DNA of 42,016 bases, taken from contig JADGIG010000022.1 in the NCBI GenBank assembly GCA_018985235.1, positions 1 to 42,016 of the forward strand, in the 5' to 3' direction. Of the stretch, positions 32,560 to 42,016 are shown piece after piece. Below the pieces are notes generated by a model. The model searched no databases. It was given only the letters and a program-made list of their open reading frames with translations, and was not told the origin of the DNA. The position numbers and the translations under genes are program-made. Numbering within the stretch: position 1 is the first letter of the stretch; each line of letters starts with the position of its first letter. This stretch comes from Sanchytrium tribonematis. Taxonomy: Eukaryota.

Positions 32560-34518
32560 ATGCTGAAGTATTTGCGCAACCAACAAAAAAATCAGCAAAA
32601 GAGATTAGAAAGAATAAAAGTCTATGAATCCAAAGAAGAGTCAGAACTAAACGAAGATCAGAAAAGTTCTATTAGAGAAATACCAAGAATTGAATTTTAC
32701 CTAGGCAAGTTGACAGAAATGATGCAATTGATGGAAGCAGAGGAATCTGAACATGTTGAAAAGATCAAAAATCTTCAAGAAGATGTCGATAGGGTCAAAT
32801 TAGAATTACAGGAAGTGCAAATAACAACTGAAAACGAGAGGCTTGTGAAAAAAATCCTATATATGATTCTAAGACTGTATAACATGCCACTAACTGAACC
32901 AGAACTGGCTACGTGTCAATCTTTAGAGCGTCAGATCAATTTGGATAAAAATGGGTATTCAACATCAGATGTTATCGACAGACTAAAAAAAGAAGAACAT
33001 TTTTTGACTGTTCTTTACACAAGATATTTCAAAGATAGTTCTATGAAAAATTCTAAAGATAAGGCCGTGGTTGGATCTTCTTGGAATATTTCTGAAGGAA
33101 AATCTATGTTCTCAGCTACCACGCTTCCCCAACAACTTAAGAACAAAAAGCTTTTGATTCACTTCGCAGGTCCTCATGGGACTGACATTATTCACGCATG
33201 CGTAGAAAGCTTGTCGGAATTAAGTGGTAAATTCGATTTCTCATTGCACGATATAAGCATTCATCGAGCGTGGCATGATGTACAAGTGGTGATTTGTTTA
33301 ACTGTATCACAGTTAGACTCGCAACTCTTGTTGGACAAGTTTGATCAAATGGCAATTGACTGGCACGGTCAATATCACATTCAAGTTTTAGATAATGCGG
33401 AATATCAATTTAATAGTGCCCCTTACCCTAAGAGATCAAAATACTTAGTCACCGTATTAACAAAAAACAGAGATGTTAATGCGTTTGATGTTTTATCCTC
33501 TCTTACTAGCTTTATTTCTGTATGCCTAGGAAACAAAGTCAGTATTGAGATAATGAAATCACTTAATAGGGATAACACTGCATGGGACATCAGAGTAAGT
33601 TGCGAAAAGGACTATTATTCAATAAGGAAGGCTTTATTTTCCGCTTTAAAAGAAAAAGGGATGGGAATTGATGTGGCAATCACTCCTTTGACGGTGTACC
33701 GAAAGCAAAGAAGATTGATTGTCTTTGATATGGACAGTACTTTAATTCAGCAAGAAGTAATTGACGAATTGGCTCGGGAATACGGTGTTTACGAAAAGGT
33801 TCAAGAAATTACACATCAAGCAATGGCTGGAAAATTAGAATTTAAAGACTCCCTTAAAAATCGCGTCGAAATGCTAAAGGGCGCTCCAATTTCTATTATC
33901 GAAAAGGTTAAGCAACGAATTCGTTTGACTCCAGGAGCTAAAGAATTATGCTTTCTGTTGAAACGTCTTGGATTTCAAATTTGTGTCCTAAGTGGTGGTT
34001 TCGAGCCATTTATTGAACATTTGCAAACAATTTTACCTATAGATCATTATTTCGCGAATAAATTTACCTATGAAGAGGTTGACGGAGAGCAAATAATATC
34101 TGGAGTTCATGGAGAAATAGTGGACGGAAATAGAAAAGCAGATTTAATGAAAATCCTTGCACAAGCGCACCATTTATCTCTGAGTCAGGTAATATGCATC
34201 GGTGATGGTTCTAATGATATTCCGATGCTTAAGGCAGCTGGTTTAGGTATTGCGTTTAAAGCGAAAGACGTTGTCCAAGCTGAAATCGAATCTAAATTGA
34301 GCGGTAGTCTATTAGATGTCATGTATCTCATGGGCTATGATCAAGACGAGATCGAAGAACTCTTGGCCCAAGAAAATTTTCACGGTGTTCACTTAGGACA
34401 CCAAAAATCTAGAAGGCCTTATAAATCTTACAACAAACCCAAAAATGTAAATGAAAAAGGAAAAGACAATTTGGATCACAAAAAGCATTCCAAAAAGGCA
34501 CACAAGAAACATGATTAA
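32560..34518 (+). CDS. SER2: Phosphoserine phosphatase (ACT-like domains + HAD domain) with a coiled-coil N-terminal extension and a basic tail
   Basis: RLIVFDMDSTLIQQEVIDELA, ITHQAMAGKLEF, LTPGA, LSGGF, IGDGSNDIPML, GLGIAF. Confidence 0.9.
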   Translation: MLKYLRNQQKNQQKRLERIKVYESKEESELNEDQKSSIREIPRIEFYLGKLTEMMQLMEAEESEHVEKIKNLQEDVDRVKLELQEVQITTENERLVKKILYMILRLYNMPLTEPELATCQSLERQINLDKNGYSTSDVIDRLKKEEHFLTVLYTRYFKDSSMKNSKDKAVVGSSWNISEGKSMFSATTLPQQLKNKKLLIHFAGPHGTDIIHACVESLSELSGKFDFSLHDISIHRAWHDVQVVICLTVSQLDSQLLLDKFDQMAIDWHGQYHIQVLDNAEYQFNSAPYPKRSKYLVTVLTKNRDVNAFDVLSSLTSFISVCLGNKVSIEIMKSLNRDNTAWDIRVSCEKDYYSIRKALFSALKEKGMGIDVAITPLTVYRKQRRLIVFDMDSTLIQQEVIDELAREYGVYEKVQEITHQAMAGKLEFKDSLKNRVEMLKGAPISIIEKVKQRIRLTPGAKELCFLLKRLGFQICVLSGGFEPFIEHLQTILPIDHYFANKFTYEEVDGEQIISGVHGEIVDGNRKADLMKILAQAHHLSLSQVICIGDGSNDIPMLKAAGLGIAFKAKDVVQAEIESKLSGSLLDVMYLMGYDQDEIEELLAQENFHGVHLGHQKSRRPYKSYNKPKNVNEKGKDNLDHKKHSKKAHKKHD

Positions 34519-34528
34519 TAAATGTTTA

Positions 34529-35098
34529 TTAGCAATTGCAACTTTCTTGTGGGGTTGTCGTGGTGATTTCGACGCGCACTTGCTCCCTTTTAGAATCAGG
34601 TGCTGATGGCAATTTTTCTGTAATTAGATAAAACAATTCTTTGACATTGTCTCCAGTCTTTGCCGAGCATTCACAAAATATGGCATTATATTCTTCTGCT
34701 TTTTTCATAGCTACTTCTTTTGGAACTTCTTTGTTCGAGAGATCTGTCTTATTACCAATAATTGCGAGTATGACATCTGAGCCTCTCTCAGCAAGTATTT
34801 CAGCTACCCAATGTTCAACTTGTTCGTAGGAATTTCTATCAGTGGTATCGTAAACGACAACTGCAACACTGCTGTCTCGAATATAAGAAGGGACTAATGA
34901 TCTAAATCTTTCCTGTCCAGCTGTATCCCATAGCTGTAATCTGAGAGTCCTATCGTCTAAATACATTGTTTTTGACAAAAAATCAATGCCAATGGTCGCT
35001 TGATAATTGCTTTCGAAAGTATCATACATGAATCGAGTTATTATTGATGTCTTACCGCTTCCTACATGTCCCAAGAAAACTATTTTGAATTTTTGCAT
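34529..35098 (-). CDS. YPT6: Rab6/Ypt6 GTPase
   Basis: [57 protein letters not shown]-terminal CNC. Confidence 0.95.
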   Translation of the reverse strand: MQKFKIVFLGHVGSGKTSIITRFMYDTFESNYQATIGIDFLSKTMYLDDRTLRLQLWDTAGQERFRSLVPSYIRDSSVAVVVYDTTDRNSYEQVEHWVAEILAERGSDVILAIIGNKTDLSNKEVPKEVAMKKAEEYNAIFCECSAKTGDNVKELFYLITEKLPSAPDSKREQVRVEITTTTPQESCNC

Positions 35099-35233
35099 TT
35101 GAAAAACTACAAACTAGGAGGTTTACCATGAATCTCAAAAAAGCTTGATAAATTAATATTGTTAGAGCTTAGGAATAGCTTGAAAAAGATGATTTTTCCT
35201 ATATTTATAGGCCTAATTTGTTAGAAATAGTTC

Positions 35234-36848
35234 ATGAATTCAATTAAATCAATTCTTTGGATAATTGGTAATGTTATAGGAACAAATATAGACTATTCTC
35301 TAAAGATTGGAGTGTTAGCGTGGGTGCTCTTTATATACCATTTGATTCAGCATTTTAATTGTGAAAGTAATATGTATGACCAAATAAAAACCGGAAAGAT
35401 TGATTCTGACATTATTGGTCAAAAAACAATTGGAAATTTTAAGATTATAAAAGATACCTTTTTTGCTCACAGATTTGAAATTATATTTGTGTTTGGGAAT
35501 ATTATGGCTCAATTCGATTCAGATTCATGGAGATTTTATGATAGCGCCCTACTATATATAATTGGGTTTGGCAGCTCAAAGTTTAATTTCCATCCAGTAT
35601 TTTTTTCTATATTGTGCTTAAGTCTCGGGATTAGTTTGTACTTTTTGTTTCTGGAGCCGCTAAGTCATGTTTTGTGGCATCTACTACTTACTGGAATTCA
35701 ATCGTCTTCTTTTATTTATTTTTCTAGAAAAGTATCTCTATTTTACTTGTCCGTGATGCTCTTTATAGGCACTTGCTTTTTTGTTCATGCTGTCCGAATT
35801 TTTCCACAGAAAGACAATTTGCTGGAAAGTGATTCTGTAATTGAGGATCTGCTTACAATGGATATTCCTATTTTGACTCTACTACCAGCTGCTTTCGAGT
35901 TACTATTTTTGATTAAAACATGCTTGGATTTGACCCTCCAGGAATTATTTTTAAATTTTATACTAGCTGAAATATTGAAGTTTTTGCAACTTCAAAAATT
36001 CTCAATTTTACTCAGTGTTGTTTGGTTTCTAACAATTGCAATTTACCTGAAATCTTATTCCGACGACCTTGATATCTTGCAGACTTTTAACTTGACTAGT
36101 AAGCAATTATTCTACACATTCATTATATTACTGCTTTCGACTACTATGTTTTGCTTCAATACCATGATCGACGAAGACAGGCTAATCAAATACAGGTACG
36201 GGTTTGTCAATAATTCAGAGGACCATTTTTTGGAGAATCGGAAATGGTAAACATTTTTAATGTAGGTCTATTAAAGCTGATCACAAGAAATATATATTGC
36301 TGGGGAATATGAATCACTTTGTTCATTTTGCCAATGCAAAGAGTATTTATTTCGAGAAATTAGAAAATGCAAGTTGTAAATCAAGCTTGATAATTTTCCC
36401 ACCAGGATTGACAGGCTGCAATTGCGAAAATCTGCTACTTTGCGGTATGACTCAATCTAAATATAATGGTTTTTATACTGTCTTGAGATTTGAACCAGAA
36501 TTATGGAGTTTGGACGATCCCTGTGAGTTACCGCTGTTACTTGATGGCAAAACAGAAAGCTCTTTTCAAAACAGATCTCTCTTAAGAAATGACAAAATAG
36601 TTCAGAAAACTAATATATTGAGGAATTTAGACCACAAATGCTTCGATTCTAACTTACATCGAATTGAAACTTATCGTGCAACAAGTTTAATTGATTGCAG
36701 TGGAATATGTAGACAAACAAAGTCTTGCGTAGCTTATACGTATATTAATTTGGCCTGTGAAGTATTCAACACCATAACCAGAATGAAGTCTTGTAATGGA
36801 ACTTCAAATGTTATTTTGGAGAGGTACAGGTGTGAAAAGCTAACATAA
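35234..36848 (+). CDS. Polytopic membrane protein with C-terminal Cys-rich PAN/Apple-like domain (531 aa, one intron)
   Basis: A hydrophobic 338-aa ORF joined in frame to the next ORF by a 19-nt intron (NRKW-SIKADHKK); C-terminal CSGICRQTKSCVAYTYINLAC. Confidence 0.65.
36247..36265 (+). other. 19-nt spliceosomal intron
   Basis: gtaaacatttttaatgtag; matches the consensus and restores frame. Confidence 0.88.
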
Positions 36849-36929
36849 ATTAGGGCAATTGTTGTAATAAATCCAAATCATTTGCTTATGATAACGACCT
36901 CAAAAAATTTACTTTCACTAGCCACTTTT

Positions 36930-38056
36930 ATGGGAGCCATTTGTTCTTCAACAGAACAGAAAAAGTCCCAAGTTATTGATAAACAACTCGCGATTGATGC
37001 AGAGAAATATAAACAGGAAGTAAAATTATTATTATTAGGCGCGGGAGAATCCGGTAAATCTACTATTGTTCGACAGATGAAAATTATTCATATGAATGGA
37101 TATCCACCTAAAGAAGCTATTTTATTTAAACCCGTTATTTTTAACAATATAATTCTTAATATGTCACTATTTCAAGACGGTTTGGATTCAATGGGATTAA
37201 AATGGAAGAGACGCGAAAATGAAAAAACTGCGAACGACCTTCATCATGAATTTGGAAGACACAAAATCCAACAAGATGACAGAAGACTATCTACACTAAA
37301 TGAGCAAATAGTTTTATCATCCAAACATGCTGTGACTTTAAAAAAATTATGGGAGGATCCAATTGTTAATGAAGCTATGAGTAGGCGAAATGAATTTTAT
37401 TTGCCTGATAGTGCTCAATATTATTTTCAAAATATAGAAAGAATATGTTCATCAGATTATACACCTACTCCAGAAGATATTTTGAGAGTGAGAAAGAAAA
37501 CTACAGGAATTGTCGATACTAGATTTAGAATGGATAAAATTAGAGTTCAGTAATTTATAATAATATAGCATGTTCGATGTTGGCGGCCAAAGAAGCGAGA
37601 GAAGGAAATGGATACATTGTTTTGAGGGCGTCACAATGGTCATTTTTGTTACCTCTTTAAGTGAATACGATCAAACCTTATTGGAAGATGCCAGAGTTAA
37701 TCGCATGGTTGAGTCCATATCTCTTTTTGATAGCGTGGTGAATTCCAGGTGGTTTAGCAGGTCTTCTATGGTTGTTTTATTGAACAAAATTGATATATTT
37801 AAGGAAAAATTACTCATTAGTCCTTTAAGGCGATTTTATCCTGATTTTGACGGGGATCAAGATCCTAGCTTAGCTTGCAAATTTATATTATCAAAATTTA
37901 CAGCCGTGAATAGAGCCAAACTCAAAATATACCCGCACGTCACTTGCGCCACTGATACTAAAAATATAAAACTTGGTACCAAATATTAACGTAGTTTTCG
38001 CTGCTATTAAAGACACTATTTTGCAAAACTCTCTGAAAGTGTCAGGAATATATTAG
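36930..38056 (+). CDS. Heterotrimeric G-protein alpha subunit, group III-like (362 aa, two introns)
   Basis: [52 protein letters not shown]. Confidence 0.95.
37550..37568 (+). other. 19-nt spliceosomal intron
   Basis: gtaatttataataatatag; same position as the 8623-8641 intron in the paralog. Confidence 0.95.
37976..37994 (+). other. 19-nt spliceosomal intron
   Basis: gtaccaaatattaacgtag; same position as the 3294-3312 intron in the paralog. Confidence 0.95.
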
Positions 38057-38135
38057 CCTAAATAAAAACTGATTTAATAAATTCGAGTTTATAAATCGGA
38101 TAAAGAAAATAAAAGTCTCCTTTGTTTTATTTAAA

Positions 38136-38505
38136 ATGGCTCACTCGGATACACATTCTAATGACTCTGTTTCTAAAGATTTGGGAGCTGTACCTGTAGC
38201 AGAGAAAGAAAGCAACGTTGCAATGCCTGTTCCCGAAGAAGAGCCGGTTTCTGAGCCTGTAGAACTTGCAACTGTGGGATTTGATGCTAGGTATTATATA
38301 TTGACATAGATTCCCAAATGTAAATCAAACCAGAAATTGCTGGCAAAATTATGTTGATTACTTTAAATGTGTAAAGCACTTTGGATCGGAAGAAGGTGTT
38401 TGCAAGGTCTTAAAAAGAGCATACGCTGATCTGTGTCCAACAGAGTGGACCGAAAAATGGGATGAACAAAGAGAATCCAACACTTTTCCAGTTAAAGATT
38501 TGTAA
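38136..38505 (+). CDS. COX12: Cytochrome c oxidase subunit 6B (116 aa, one intron)
   Basis: Not in the ORF track. Spliced translation: ...TVGFDAR|FPNVNQTRNCWQNYVDYFKCVKHFG...C...LCPTEWTEKWDEQRESNTFP. Confidence 0.95.
38291..38309 (+). other. 19-nt spliceosomal intron
   Basis: gtattatatattgacatag; restores the conserved FDARFPN. Confidence 0.95.
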
Positions 38506-39489
38506 TTAATAAATCTTTGGCAAATTAAGTCTTGGTGATATTGGTATTGTTCCATCTGCTTTATATTTATAGGCGTTTTTTTCCAGTTTATCTAAATCAT
38601 AAAAATAATTGACCATCGCACCCAGAGAATTTAGCATACCACTATTAGACTGATTAGCCCTGGGCCAAATCTCGAATAAGATTGCTCCATTTTGGAGATG
38701 AAAATTTGCTACGGGACATTTACAATACTTTCCTCTTTTTTCAGTTAGTAAATAATTTTTGGCTTGCGCCTTAGTCATCATTGGACTTTGTAAACACGAT
38801 TCAATTAAATTCTTCTGCCGAAGCCAAACTGAAAATTTGGGTATTGGACTGAGAGTGTAAAATTTTTCTGTTTTAAATTTTTTCTTAAGAAAAATTACAG
38901 CTTGGGAAATAAGAAGTTTACCAAGTCCGATACCGGTTAGATAATGATGAGGAGATATAATTGAGTAAAAATTTGCAACCGATGTTTCTAAGCTTTTTGA
39001 AATTAGAAGCTCGGACACATTCTGAGCCATTTTGTCGCTGAGTCCAATTTTCAAGTAAGCTAGCACTGTGTTTTCCATAAGCGGATGGAATGCAGCAAAT
39101 ATTAGCTTATTTCCACTGAATCTGTTTTCCAAAAGATCATGAACGCTAATGACTGGATGATTACTTTCATGCTGCACTATTTGATCCAATATTTTGCTTG
39201 AACTAGAAGAGTTCAAGATTTTAAAATTTAATTTGGGTATAAATTGCCTCTTGAGCACTTCATTAAATTGATTTTTGAGCTTACTTTCGCTCGAAATTAA
39301 TGAAGCTTCGTAACATTTAAAAAAGTTGTAGATTAGAAAATCATCCATCTGCAAATATACTTCTTCGAGGTCATTTAGATCTGTACTTTTGAGAAGGTCG
39401 CTTATCTGTGCAAAGCTCAAGCTGTCTGCATTCTGAATAATTGATTTGGGCGAGGTATATCTGATATATCGTTGAAATATTTTGAACAT
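38506..39489 (-). CDS. MLYCD: Malonyl-CoA decarboxylase (catalytic domain, short N-terminus)
   Basis: FYSI, GIGLGKLLI, TLSPIPKF, PVANFHLQNGA, SLGAMVNY; start MFKIFQRY resembles a mitochondrial presequence. Confidence 0.88.
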   Translation of the reverse strand: MFKIFQRYIRYTSPKSIIQNADSLSFAQISDLLKSTDLNDLEEVYLQMDDFLIYNFFKCYEASLISSESKLKNQFNEVLKRQFIPKLNFKILNSSSSSKILDQIVQHESNHPVISVHDLLENRFSGNKLIFAAFHPLMENTVLAYLKIGLSDKMAQNVSELLISKSLETSVANFYSIISPHHYLTGIGLGKLLISQAVIFLKKKFKTEKFYTLSPIPKFSVWLRQKNLIESCLQSPMMTKAQAKNYLLTEKRGKYCKCPVANFHLQNGAILFEIWPRANQSNSGMLNSLGAMVNYFYDLDKLEKNAYKYKADGTIPISPRLNLPKIY

Positions 39490-39536
39490 ATGGATATGTA
39501 AATGTTTCAAAACTTTTAAGGTCAAGACAACATTTA

Positions 39537-40197
39537 TTACAAGTCGTCATCATCTTCAGGTAGAGGCTGTGCTGCAGCTTGCTCAAGTTCTCGGTTGTAT
39601 TGCTGCATCAAAGCAGAGTCCACCTGAACCTCAGGAGGCTGTAAAGCAGGAGCAGCAACAAAGTCCAATTGATTATTTCCAACCAATTTTCTAGCCAAAT
39701 ATAAGAACGGCTTTTCAAAGTTATAGTTAGATTTGGCACTGATGTCATAATATTGCAAATTCTTTTTTCTATGGAAAGTGATACTTTTTGCTTTTACTTT
39801 CCTGTCCTTTAGGTCGACTTTGTTACCGCAGAGAACGATTGGAATATTCTCGCAAACTCGAACCAAATCACGATGCCAAGTAGGAACGTTTTTATAAGTA
39901 ATTCTTGAGGTGACGTCAAACATAATTACACCGCATTGCCCACCAATGTAATAACCATCTCTAAGACCACCAAACTTTTCTTGACCAGCAGTGTCCCAAC
40001 AGTCAAAAACCAATTCGCCAAAGTTAGTATGAAATGACAAACTACGAACTTCTACTCCAACCGTTGCAATATATTTCTTTTCAAATTCTCCAGTAACATG
40101 ACGTTTGACAAAGGTAGTCTTTCCAGTGCCTCCGTCGCCAACTAGAACCAATTTAAAGTGACTAAGTTAATAATAAGTACGGTGTTTGTGCAGCCAT
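39537..40197 (-). CDS. GSP1: Ran GTPase (213 aa, one intron)
   Basis: [40 protein letters not shown]-terminal EDDDDL. Confidence 0.98.
40162..40180 (-). other. 19-nt spliceosomal intron
   Basis: gtacttattattaacttag; links ATG at 40197 to FKLVLVG. Confidence 0.93.
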
Positions 40198-40327
40198 CTC
40201 CAGTATCAAGGGGAACTCTGAGAATCTTGTAAATGAAAAGCTGGTTAAAAACGAAGCCAGCCTAAATTAAATTTATCTTTATTATCTGAGTTGAGTGTTC
40301 ATTATACTGAAAGTAATAGATTTATTG

Positions 40328-40627
40328 TCAATTATTTGAGAATCGAATTAAAAATTTGTCTTCTAGTACATCTGCTATTTGAAAATTTGTCGAATCTTCA
40401 TCTAAATCGATAATCTTAGTGGTGCCTCTGTTGTCATCATCAATCTCATTGTCTTTTGCGCCTTTTGATTGATTTTCTTTTTCTTTTTGTTGTTTTTCGT
40501 TCAGTTTTGCCAGTTCTAATCTAAATCTCAATCCCAACAAAGGCTTCTTTCTTATTTTTTCAATCTTCGAAATAAGAGATTCTAAATTGGGTATTTTTTT
40601 AACCGATAAGTCGGTGTCAAAATTCAT
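40328..40627 (-). CDS. Small charged hypothetical protein (99 aa)
   Basis: ATG ORF with hydrophilic composition, followed by AATAAA; fills the gap between genes. Confidence 0.5.
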   Translation of the reverse strand: MNFDTDLSVKKIPNLESLISKIEKIRKKPLLGLRFRLELAKLNEKQQKEKENQSKGAKDNEIDDDNRGTTKIIDLDEDSTNFQIADVLEDKFLIRFSNN

Positions 40628-40772
40628 GGCCTAGGAATTACTGATAATCAATCACAATATTACGATTATCTTATAAGCTCTAATTTTCTTGCGGATTGTA
40701 TCATGCGTTTAAATTATGAAAAACTGTTGAAAATCATTGTCCGTGTCAGACGTGTACATTTGAAACACATAT

Positions 40773-42016
40773 ATGATGGAATCATCTCTCAACATAAATT
40801 CGAGAGAAGAATTGGAAGACTATTTGATCAAGAGCTTGAAAAATGACAAGAATTATGTTCAATTAAATGACTCTATATATATATGTACAAAAAATATTGA
40901 CTTTAATGAGACGTTAGCAAGTCAATATTCAAAATCTTACAAGGACACTTCTCTTCACAAATGGTTAAACGAGCCAAATATCTTCAAATTAGCTAATGAC
41001 ATGTATTTAACGATGCGTCGTACTTCCAAGGATCAATGTTTAGCACTGTTCGGAAATGATGATAAAGTCGAGCAAATATATCACCTGTCTCAATATTTGG
41101 GGACATTGAGTGGACAAACAAGTCGAACCAAAAAGTTGGCATCCAGATTTATAGGCGCAGTTGATGTTTTGACGGCACTGTCTACAGTGAGTGGTGATCG
41201 CCGTTGTGGATTTAATTTTCAATTTCAGTTTAATGGCACAGGTAAATGGGTTGGAGCTTTCGTACAGGAGGGGCCATTTGACTCAATAAGAGTTGTGAAT
41301 TACAACAAAGGATTAAGAAATTATGACATATTCTACTATTTATTGGCGGGAGTTGGAGAAGAAAATAAAGTTAAGTGGCATTTAGGCGATCCAGCACAGT
41401 ATAGGTTGACTGTGGGTGACATTAGTCCAAAAGACAAGTCTCAATTTGAAAAGCTCAATAGTTCCTTGGAGAAACTAGGTTTTTCTTCTGAAATGATAAC
41501 TTTATTTTGGCAAACTTTTGCTGGAATATTACATTTAAGTAATGTCAATTTTACGGTCAGCGATACCTCAGCTCATCAAAAAGTGACTCTCGCGGCCAAT
41601 CAACATGATCTTGAGCTTGCAGCATCTCTACTTGAGGTTGATCCAAAATCTATCGAGGCTTCATTAACAGTCAAAACTACTATAAACCATGGAGGTCCTG
41701 TAACACAGTTATTGAATATAAAGGATTCAGAATCTCAGAGGGATTTAATTATTCGTCAATTGTATACTATCTTATTTTCTTGGGTCATTGAATTTGCAAA
41801 CAAAAAATTGGGTAGTTCCGAGTTTGCTAATTCTATATGGGCATTAGACTATATAACAGTTAATGCAAAAGATAGACAAAATGACCTTTTTTCTTTCTTA
41901 AATAATAGCTTATATGAAAATCTATTGCGACTTTTTACAGAGAAAGGGGTTAATGAATATTTAAATTTTCAAAAAAATGAAGGTAAAAATATAGAGTCTA
42001 CTCTGCCAGTTGATAC
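40773..42016 (+). CDS. Highly degenerate myosin motor-like domain, probably the N-terminus of a second myosin-chitin synthase; runs off the window
   Basis: Not in the ORF track (no stop). Manual translation: EPNIFKLANDMYLTMRRTSKDQC, RNYDIFYYLLAG, FWQTFAGILHLSNVNF, QLYTILFSWVIEFANKKL, collinear with the motor domain of the 10958-16324 gene. Confidence 0.8.
   Translation, partial: MMESSLNINSREELEDYLIKSLKNDKNYVQLNDSIYICTKNIDFNETLASQYSKSYKDTSLHKWLNEPNIFKLANDMYLTMRRTSKDQCLALFGNDDKVEQIYHLSQYLGTLSGQTSRTKKLASRFIGAVDVLTALSTVSGDRRCGFNFQFQFNGTGKWVGAFVQEGPFDSIRVVNYNKGLRNYDIFYYLLAGVGEENKVKWHLGDPAQYRLTVGDISPKDKSQFEKLNSSLEKLGFSSEMITLFWQTFAGILHLSNVNFTVSDTSAHQKVTLAANQHDLELAASLLEVDPKSIEASLTVKTTINHGGPVTQLLNIKDSESQRDLIIRQLYTILFSWVIEFANKKLGSSEFANSIWALDYITVNAKDRQNDLFSFLNNSLYENLLRLFTEKGVNEYLNFQKNEGKNIESTLPVD

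Noticed and set aside
35060..35085. Atypical Rab6 P-loop (GHVGSGKT instead of GEQSVGKT)
   Set aside because: It still fits GxxxxGK[ST] and the other G boxes are intact, so this is ordinary divergence.
40240..40262. Hairpin gctggtt-aaaaacg-aagccagc upstream of Ran
   Set aside because: A single short stem with no additional ncRNA features; could be chance or UTR structure.

Overview
Extremely gene-dense, AT-rich eukaryotic nuclear DNA in the standard genetic code. It most likely comes from an early-diverging fungus or fungal relative, given a myosin-motor chitin synthase, fungal group-III-like G-alpha subunits and fungal-type beta-tubulin. About 27 protein genes and one initiator tRNA-Met are packed with intergenic gaps mostly of 0-100 nt. 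The main discovery is that every split ORF is repaired by a tiny spliceosomal intron of almost fixed length: 13 of exactly 19 nt and one of 21 nt. All start GTA, end YAG, and have T at -8, A at -6 and a pyrimidine at -5, which suggests a ruler-like minimal splicing system. Other notable items are a seamless uroporphyrinogen decarboxylase-porphobilinogen deaminase fusion, a Caprin-like domain fused to an ACT-type phosphoserine phosphatase, three G-alpha paralogs near a 7TM-RGS-like receptor, and two degenerate myosin motor domains. All homology calls come from motif recognition by eye; no database search was run.
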